A DNA stretch of 64,000 bases, from contig OZ242195.1 in assembly GCA_965205975.1 (NCBI GenBank), forward strand, positions 1,376,001 to 1,440,000, in the 5' to 3' direction. Below are positions 57,943 to 64,000 of the stretch, piece by piece (within the stretch, counting starts at the first letter, position 1; the number at the start of each line of letters is the position of its first letter). Made by a program: the position numbers and the translations under genes. Below the pieces are notes generated by a model that saw only the letters and a program-made list of their open reading frames with translations, made no database searches and was not told where the DNA came from. The stretch comes from Candidatus Latescibacterota bacterium (GTDB lineage: Bacteria; Latescibacterota; UBA2968).

Positions 57943-60798
57943 ATGAACCTCGCAGGAATGTTGATGCAAAAAATTGAGGGTGAAGTGCGGTTTGATAAGA
58001 TGTCGCGCATTCTTTACAGCACAGATGCGAGCATGTATCAAATTGAACCTGTTGGTGTTGTTTTGCCCAAACACAAGCAGGATGTTTTGCATGTCATCAA
58101 TCTCGCCAATGAATACGAGGCACCACTGATCCCCCGAGGCGGTGGCACCGGGCTTGCTGGCGGCGTGGTGGGAAGTGGTATTGTGATGGATATGTCGAAA
58201 TACATGAACCGCATTCTCGACTTCAACGCCGAAGAAAAGTGGGTCAGGGTCGAGCCTGGCGTGGTGCTCGATGAACTCAACGCATTTCTCAAACCGCACG
58301 GATTGCAATTTGCGCCCGATGTGGCGACCAGCAGCCGCGCGACAATCGGGGGTATGGTGTCCAACAATTCTGCGGGGGCGCATTCGGTTATTTACGGCAA
58401 GACCATCGATCACGTTTTAGAACTCGATTTGATCTTGTCCGACGGTACAGAAATAACGGTGGGGGAGTTAGACGAGCCTGCAGTACAACAAAAATGCGAG
58501 CAACAAGACCTCGAAGGGCAGGCGTATCGAGAGATAATCCGCATAGCTCGGGAGAATGCAGAAGAAATTGAGCGGAGATACCCCAAAATTTTGCGGCGAG
58601 TTGGCGGGTACAATCTCGATGAATTCATCAAAAAGCAACCGTTCAATCTCGCGCGCATGGTCATTGGATCTGAAGGTACTCTGGCGACCGTTGTCGGGGC
58701 AAAGCTCATGGTTATTCCGCTGCCTCAAGCAAAGGTGTTGGGCATTGTTCAATTCAATGACCTGATTGCATCTATGAAGGCTGTCGCGCCGATCTTAGAA
58801 ACGGGTCCGGCCGCAGTAGAGCTGATCGATAAGATGATTCTCGATCAGACCAAAGGGTCTATGGAGTTGTCCAGAATGCGTTCGTGGGTACAGGGGGATC
58901 CAGAAGCTGTGCTGGCTGTTGAATACTACGGCGATTCAGAGGGTGAACTGGCCTCTAAGCTGGGCGAACTCGAGGTGCTGCTGGGAAAACAGAATCTCGA
59001 ATATACTTTTTCCCGTGCTATTTCCGATGCCGAGCAAGCCAATGTATGGAATGTGCGCAAGGCAGGGCTGGGTTTGCTCATGGGCGTAAAAGGCGATTCC
59101 AAACCCATCGCTTTTGTGGAAGACGCCGCTGTTCCGCCGGAAAGGCTACCCGATTATATTTCTGAGTTTGGAGCGTTGGTGAAATCGCTCAACACACGAG
59201 CGGGTTATTATGCACATGCCAGCGTGGGCTTGCTACACGTTCGACCGATGGTCAATCTCAAGGATGCCGACGAGATTGCCAAAATGAGATTTATCGCCGA
59301 ATCCGTGCGCGACCTGGTGATGAAATACGGCGGTGCCGTGAGCGGGGAACACGGCGATGGCCTGGTTCGCAGTTGTTGGAACGAAACATTTTTTGGCACG
59401 ACGCTTTACGATGCTTTTCGGGAGATCAAACGCGCTTTTGATCCCAAGGGATTGATGAATCCCGGCAAAATTATCGATGCGCCGATGATGACCGAAAATT
59501 TGCGTTATGGGGCAGACTATCGCGCGCAGGAAATAAACACTCACTTCGACTTTTCTGCCGATGGAGGATTTCACCGCGCAGTTGAAATGTGCAATGGCGT
59601 GGGCGAGTGTCGCAAAAAGCTGGTGGGCACGATGTGTCCGTCTTATATGGCAACTCTGGAAGAAGAGCATTCGACACGGGGGCGGGCAAACGCGCTTCGA
59701 GCGGCGATTTCAGGGCGATGGGAAGGCGGGCTTACTGATCATCGCATCAACGATGTACTCGCGCTCTGTCTGGAGTGTAAAGCATGTAAATCCGAGTGCC
59801 CATCCAATGTGGATATGGCGAAAATTAAGTATGAATTTAAGGCGCATTATTACGCCAAAAACAGGCGACCATTGCGATCTATTTTATTTGGTAATGTGGA
59901 ATTGATGGGCAAACTCGGATGTCTCGTTGCGCCTCTTGCCAATCGTTTGTCGAGGACGGGTATTTCAAAGTGGATGATGAAGCGTCTCGGGATTGCGCCT
60001 GCGCGATCCCTACCGCCATTTGCGCGTCAGACTTTTACACACTGGTTCGCCAGTCGCAATGCGCCTTCGAAAAATAGACGCGTCGTGTTTTTTGCCGATA
60101 CGTACATGACCTACAATTATCCCGAAATTGGCAAAGCAGCTACGGCCTTGTTTGAAGCAGCGGGTTATGAGGTGATTTTGGCTGTAAAGCGATGTTGTGG
60201 CCGCCCGATGCTTTCGAGCGGTTATATCGACCGCGTAAAGGAAAACGCCCTGTTTAATATTGAGAATCTCTATCAATATACCGAACAGGGATATCCCATT
60301 GTGGGATTTGAACCTTCGTGTGTTTCGATGTTCACGGATGAATACGGCGATTTAATTGACGATCCGCGCGTGCGCGCTGTGGCTGATAATATTTATACTT
60401 TTGAAGCATTTGTACAGGCTTTTTTCGAAAAAGGCGAATTTGCCGTGCCATTTACCGACTTAAAAAAAGACATCTTGCTGCACGGCCACTGCCATCAGAA
60501 GGCTCTTTGGGGGATGGGACCGTCTGAGGCTGCGTTGGGAATGCCCGAGGGCTTTCGCGTGACGCCCATTCAATCGGGTTGTTGCGGCATGGCGGGGTCC
60601 TTTGGCTATGAAGCCGAGCACTACGACGTGTCGCTTAAAGTGGGCGAGTCGCGGCTGCTTCAGGTGGTTCGCGATGCAGATGACACAACTGAAATTGCCG
60701 CAGCAGGTTTGTCTTGCAGGCAACAGATTGCACACGCTACAGGGCGCACTGCCCGTCATCCCGCTGAGGTACTGGCCGACGCCCTGGATAGGGAATAA
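57943..60798 (+). CDS. FAD-binding/(Fe-S)-binding oxidoreductase (YdiJ / GlcD-GlcF fusion type, 2-hydroxyacid dehydrogenase family)
   Basis: YSTDASMY, PRGGGTGLAG, GSEGTL, SGEHGDG, CNGVGEC, CLECKACKSECP, CCG motifs, HGHCHQ. Confidence 0.9.
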   Translation: MNLAGMLMQKIEGEVRFDKMSRILYSTDASMYQIEPVGVVLPKHKQDVLHVINLANEYEAPLIPRGGGTGLAGGVVGSGIVMDMSKYMNRILDFNAEEKWVRVEPGVVLDELNAFLKPHGLQFAPDVATSSRATIGGMVSNNSAGAHSVIYGKTIDHVLELDLILSDGTEITVGELDEPAVQQKCEQQDLEGQAYREIIRIARENAEEIERRYPKILRRVGGYNLDEFIKKQPFNLARMVIGSEGTLATVVGAKLMVIPLPQAKVLGIVQFNDLIASMKAVAPILETGPAAVELIDKMILDQTKGSMELSRMRSWVQGDPEAVLAVEYYGDSEGELASKLGELEVLLGKQNLEYTFSRAISDAEQANVWNVRKAGLGLLMGVKGDSKPIAFVEDAAVPPERLPDYISEFGALVKSLNTRAGYYAHASVGLLHVRPMVNLKDADEIAKMRFIAESVRDLVMKYGGAVSGEHGDGLVRSCWNETFFGTTLYDAFREIKRAFDPKGLMNPGKIIDAPMMTENLRYGADYRAQEINTHFDFSADGGFHRAVEMCNGVGECRKKLVGTMCPSYMATLEEEHSTRGRANALRAAISGRWEGGLTDHRINDVLALCLECKACKSECPSNVDMAKIKYEFKAHYYAKNRRPLRSILFGNVELMGKLGCLVAPLANRLSRTGISKWMMKRLGIAPARSLPPFARQTFTHWFASRNAPSKNRRVVFFADTYMTYNYPEIGKAATALFEAAGYEVILAVKRCCGRPMLSSGYIDRVKENALFNIENLYQYTEQGYPIVGFEPSCVSMFTDEYGDLIDDPRVRAVADNIYTFEAFVQAFFEKGEFAVPFTDLKKDILLHGHCHQKALWGMGPSEAALGMPEGFRVTPIQSGCCGMAGSFGYEAEHYDVSLKVGESRLLQVVRDADDTTEIAAAGLSCRQQIAHATGRTARHPAEVLADALDRE

Positions 60799-60809
60799 GG
60801 GAGGAGATA

Positions 60810-61322
60810 GTGGACTTAAAAAGAATTATTCGCGATGTGCCCGATTTTCCCAAAGCGGGCATCTTATTCAAAGATATTACGACTTTGATTGGTGATGCAG
60901 ATGCGCTTCGCGTGACGATAGAACAACTTGCACAACCCTATCGCAATGGGGCTGTCGATCTCGTTGTGGGAATTGAGTCGCGTGGATTTATTTTTGGGAC
61001 TGCACTCGCGCGAGAACTCGACGTGGGCTTTGTGCCGATCCGCAAACCCGGCAAGCTGCCAGCAGATGCGATTTCTGCGGAATACGAATTGGAATACGGA
61101 ACGGACAGGATTGAAATTCACACAGACGCAATCGCCGAGGGACAGAAGGTCGCACTCGTGGATGATTTGCTGGCAACCGGTGGCACAATGTCTGCTGCCT
61201 GTCAGCTCGTATCTGAACTCGAAGGGGAAATCGTCGGCATCTCTTTTGTCATTGAACTGGACTTTTTAAACGGACGCGAAAAACTTGGGGATTGGCCCAT
61301 TCACACGCTGATTCATTATTGA
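60810..61322 (+). CDS. apt: Adenine phosphoribosyltransferase
   Basis: PDFPKAGILFKDIT, IESRGF, RKPGKLP, YELEYG, VDDLLATGGT. Confidence 0.96.
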   Translation: MDLKRIIRDVPDFPKAGILFKDITTLIGDADALRVTIEQLAQPYRNGAVDLVVGIESRGFIFGTALARELDVGFVPIRKPGKLPADAISAEYELEYGTDRIEIHTDAIAEGQKVALVDDLLATGGTMSAACQLVSELEGEIVGISFVIELDFLNGREKLGDWPIHTLIHY

Positions 61323-61330
61323 TATTATGT

Positions 61331-61403
61331 GCCCCTGTAGCTCAGAGGAAAGAGTAGCGGATTCCTAATCCGTTGGCCGCAGGTTCGAGTCCTGCCAGGG
61401 GCA
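61331..61403 (+). tRNA. tRNA-Arg (anticodon CCT), CCA not encoded
   Basis: Acceptor stem GCCCCTG/CAGGGGC, D arm TAGCTCAG, anticodon arm GCGGA-TTCCTAA-TCCGT, T loop GGTTCGAGTCC. Confidence 0.95.
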
Positions 61404-61447
61404 CTTTTTTAAAAATAAATTGTATTAACGCAGCCGAGGAGTGAATT

Positions 61448-61636
61448 ATGAAACGCGTTCTGACCATCTCCAAATTTGACCCAAACGAGAAAGCGTGCGA
61501 TCATACGCGACATTTTACGGGTGACGAACGGGTTTCTCTCCTCGAGGGAATGCGCCGAGAAATGTCTAAGGTGAGCCATCGTGAATATCCAAAAAGTCTT
61601 CGAAGAGTTCTTACAGTTGCTAAACGCAGTTGCTAA
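61448..61636 (+). CDS. Small hypothetical protein, type usually found upstream of a nucleotidyltransferase in TA-like pairs
   Basis: SD GAGGAG; 62 aa with ERVSLLEGMR...LRRVLTV; overlaps the start of an NTase-like stub. Confidence 0.55.
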   Translation: MKRVLTISKFDPNEKACDHTRHFTGDERVSLLEGMRREMSKVSHREYPKSLRRVLTVAKRSC

Positions 61637-61652
61637 ACGCAACGGGGGTTGA
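61581..61652 (+). pseudogene. N-terminal stub of a putative nucleotidyltransferase
   Basis: GTG start, MNIQKVFEEFLQLLNA, resembling the N-terminus of these NTases. Breaks at a tandem 13-bp duplication CAGTTGCTAAACG (61614-61639) and stops soon after. Confidence 0.45.
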
Positions 61653-61824
61653 ATGGAGTTACCCCGTTTATGATGCTGTTGCCGAATTGGTCGAGAGGTA
61701 GTTAGTAGTTGTAAAAACCGACTGTTTGTGGCCTGAATACAAGCTCTGTATGGACAGAATTAGGAATTGGGCAACAGCATCGTTTATATGGACATATTAT
61801 ATTTCGCTATTCAGCCTGCTACTT

Positions 61825-62139
61825 TTACACGACCGCTTGTTGTCCTTCCACTGGTACGAAATTAATCTCGACCCTTTGATTCAATGCGATCGCGATTCTT
61901 TGAAGCATCGTGAGTGAATGCCCTTCATAATCTGCATCCTCAAGGCGTGCAATAACCGGTTGTTTGGATCCGATCAATTCTGCCAATTCAGTCTGTGTCA
62001 AACCCGCCATCTTTCTGGCTTCATATATTATACGAGCAACTTCTGCGTTGACTGTCTCCTCTGCAATCATATGCTGCAATTCTTCATCATTCCCTGTTAC
62101 ATCATCCAAGATTCGATTTGCATCTCGTGTCTTAGCCAT
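61825..62139 (-). CDS. XRE-family HTH antitoxin (HigA-like)
   Basis: ARKMAGLTQTELAELIGSKQPVIARLEDADYEGHSLTMLQRIA; SD AAGGAG. Confidence 0.88.
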   Translation of the reverse strand: MAKTRDANRILDDVTGNDEELQHMIAEETVNAEVARIIYEARKMAGLTQTELAELIGSKQPVIARLEDADYEGHSLTMLQRIAIALNQRVEINFVPVEGQQAVV

Positions 62140-62238
62140 TGGTCATGTCTCCTTCAAACAAATGCTGATCAGGATTTGCTTCAAAAACCCTCTGCCGCTC
62201 CACTGCGCGATCCAAATCTCTGCGTGGTAAATGAGCCC
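62132..62238 (-). pseudogene. 3' remnant of a RelE/HigB (Gp49-like) toxin gene
   Basis: PRRDLDRAVERQRVFEANPDQH resembles the C-terminus of the toxins paired with this antitoxin type. It overlaps the antitoxin start, and its 5' part is replaced by a palindromic element. Confidence 0.55.
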
Positions 62239-62341
62239 TGTCATTCTGAGCGGAGCGCAGCGGAGTCGAAGAATCTGCTGCCTCAACAGTGTGCATGGAT
62301 AACAGATGCTTCGTCAGCCTATCAGATTCCTCAGCATGACA
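62239..62341. repeat. Palindromic REP/MITE-like element (TGTCATTCTGAG...CTCAGCATGACA)
   Basis: 12-bp terminal inverted repeat with one mismatch, plus internal CGAAGAATCTG / CAGATGCTTCG arms. Confidence 0.75.
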
Positions 62342-62408
62342 TGGTGTAGTAGCACATTTACTTTTAAAGTCACACATCGCGTTATTCAATTATAAAATAC
62401 CTCGAACA

Positions 62409-62684
62409 TTACAACGTTGGGCTTGCACTCGCTCCATACGCCTTGCTCCAGAGCCTTCTCCCTATGTAGGTGTTGCCGTGCCGATCCGTTGTCGTGTGTT
62501 TGTCGCGCTCGCCGATGTAGAAGCGGTTCTGTTTGTCGGTGCGGGCCGTGGACAGCGTCTCCTCCCGCTCAAAGATATGCTGATCATAAACTTGATTGAG
62601 CTCGTCCAGTTGCTGTTGATTGAGCACATCGGGCACAACGATATAGCCTTGTCGTGCGAACGTGTCACGCATCGCATTGTCCAT
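62409..62684 (-). pseudogene. Truncated phytanoyl-CoA dioxygenase (PhyH) family gene
   Basis: FARQGYIVVPDVLNQQQLDELN is the typical PhyH N-terminus. Only 91 aa, with no catalytic HxD...H core. SD AGGAG. Confidence 0.6.
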
Positions 62685-62930
62685 CTTCTAATCTCCTCTA
62701 CGTGTAGGAACTAAAAGGGCCATTTCTTGCGCATGAATGGCTGGCAAGAAGGAGTTTTCGGCAGTGGTTGTCAAGTGTTTTTGTCGTACTTGCGGATAGA
62801 GAAAGCGGGGCTACATCAAACCTTGTGTATTATCTTAAAAATTGCTTTCGGCGATGAGGTGTATTATCATTAATTACTGGGGATAGCGCAACCTGTCCTC
62901 CTTTTTACATATGGGAACTCGCGTTTTATT

Positions 62931-63407
62931 ATGAAAAAAGAAATTGAGCGAAAATTTTGCGTGCGAAAAATGCCGGATCTGGCGGCCTGTACAGGAGAAG
63001 AAATCTCACAGGGCTATCTCTCGGTAGGGGAGAATGGCACGGAGATTCGGCTGCGTCGCAAAGGCGAGCGATTTTATCAGACCGTGAAAATAGGCAAAGG
63101 TGTGCAGCGGACGGAAGTCGAGGTGGAATTGAGCCGAGCGCAATTTGATACCCTCTGGCCTTTGACTGAGGGCAGGCGGGTCGAAAAAGTGCGTTATGAG
63201 ATCGTCGAAGGAATATGGACAATTGAACTGGATGTGTACCGCGGTCGCTTGAAAGGTCTGGTGGTGGCCGAAGTCGAGTTTGAGACCTTAGATGAAAGTT
63301 CGCGCTTTGTCCCGCCGCTGTGGTTTGGACGAGATGTGACCAATGATGACCGTTACAAAAATGCAATCCTCGCATATAAGGGCACTCCCGATGATCACGC
63401 GCAGTGA
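62931..63407 (+). CDS. CYTH domain (triphosphate tunnel metalloenzyme) protein
   Basis: EIERKF, QGYL, RLR, EKVRY, ELDVY, AEVEF, WFGRDVT...YKN. Confidence 0.92.
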   Translation: MKKEIERKFCVRKMPDLAACTGEEISQGYLSVGENGTEIRLRRKGERFYQTVKIGKGVQRTEVEVELSRAQFDTLWPLTEGRRVEKVRYEIVEGIWTIELDVYRGRLKGLVVAEVEFETLDESSRFVPPLWFGRDVTNDDRYKNAILAYKGTPDDHAQ

Positions 63408-64000
63408 AACTTATGTTTTGAGTGAACCACATGGATGGGATGTGGTCGAACAACTCGCCCCCGAGCGCCTGCTACCTGTATCTGAGGTTGAGAATACGGT
63501 GCGGTATTTCGACACGTTTGACTGGCGGGTGTATCGGAAGGGACTCGCGCTCATACAAGCGGGAAACGCGGTGTATTTACAACGAATTTCAGATGGTGAA
63601 TACCCTTTGATACACGATCAGATCGAGATGAAACAACATCTGGAAGGCCGATTCTGGTGGATGTTCCCAGAGGGCGAATTGCGCGGCACATTGCGGGATG
63701 TGATCTCAGTTCGGGCGCTGTTGCTTCGAGCACAGATGACGCAAAAAGTTTGCGGATTTGGCGTTTTAAATGCAGATGAAAAGACCGTTATCCGGCTGTT
63801 TCTCACACATACCAACAGAGAAAACAGACATGTTGCAACTTTGACATTGCGAAGCGTACGGGGATATGAACGCGATTTTGAGAATTTGTGCTCTCGTTTT
63901 GTTAAATTAGATATCGCACACCCGGCAGAAGGCGTATTTGAGCGCGTGATGAATCTCGCAGGATGTGTACCGGGCAATTATTCCTCAAAACTCGATCTCG
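63391..64000 (+). CDS. Probable CHAD-domain protein, N-terminal part; runs off the window
   Basis: Open frame from ATG 63391 to the window end (not in the ORF track). YFDTFDWRVY and LNADEKTV motifs; overlaps the CYTH gene. The CHAD domain itself is not visible. Confidence 0.65.
   Translation, partial: MITRSETYVLSEPHGWDVVEQLAPERLLPVSEVENTVRYFDTFDWRVYRKGLALIQAGNAVYLQRISDGEYPLIHDQIEMKQHLEGRFWWMFPEGELRGTLRDVISVRALLLRAQMTQKVCGFGVLNADEKTVIRLFLTHTNRENRHVATLTLRSVRGYERDFENLCSRFVKLDIAHPAEGVFERVMNLAGCVPGNYSSKLDL

Noticed and set aside
61331..64000. Intact prophage or integrative element at tRNA-Arg
   Set aside because: No integrase, no att duplication and no phage genes; ordinary genes resume at 62931.

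Overview
Bacterial chromosomal window of moderate GC, mostly on the + strand. Gene content (TamA/TamB, GldA/F/G-like ABC system, tandem TonB-dependent receptors, giant Calx-beta adhesin, DegT aminotransferase, PhyH fragment) indicates a Gram-negative cell. It resembles host-associated Latescibacterota/Gemmatimonadota-like genomes, but that is an impression I cannot verify. In order: 5'-truncated tamA and tamB; intact higBA; an AsnB-like gene divergent from DUF362, Sfp-type PPTase, two Zn-ribbon ABC exporters and DUF1854; an orphan Phd antitoxin with a 4-codon vapC stub; a ~430-bp heavily structured IS200/IS605-like element with no credible ORF and a TnpB omega-RNA-like 3' end; sppA; an amidohydrolase; a Gld-like ABC system; YihY; two paralogous TonB receptors; mobA, pterin dehydratase, GH88, DUF547, pgi and an arsS-like radical SAM gene; a 17.5-kb repetitive autotransporter-like adhesin behind a sigma-54 promoter; YyaL-like and DegT genes; an FAD/Fe-S oxidoreductase; apt; tRNA-Arg(CCT) followed by decayed TA and other gene fragments; and CYTH plus a partial CHAD gene. 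The best candidate for something new is the stand-alone structured omega-RNA-like element at about 15976-16405. All family calls come from motif recognition by eye; no database searches were run.
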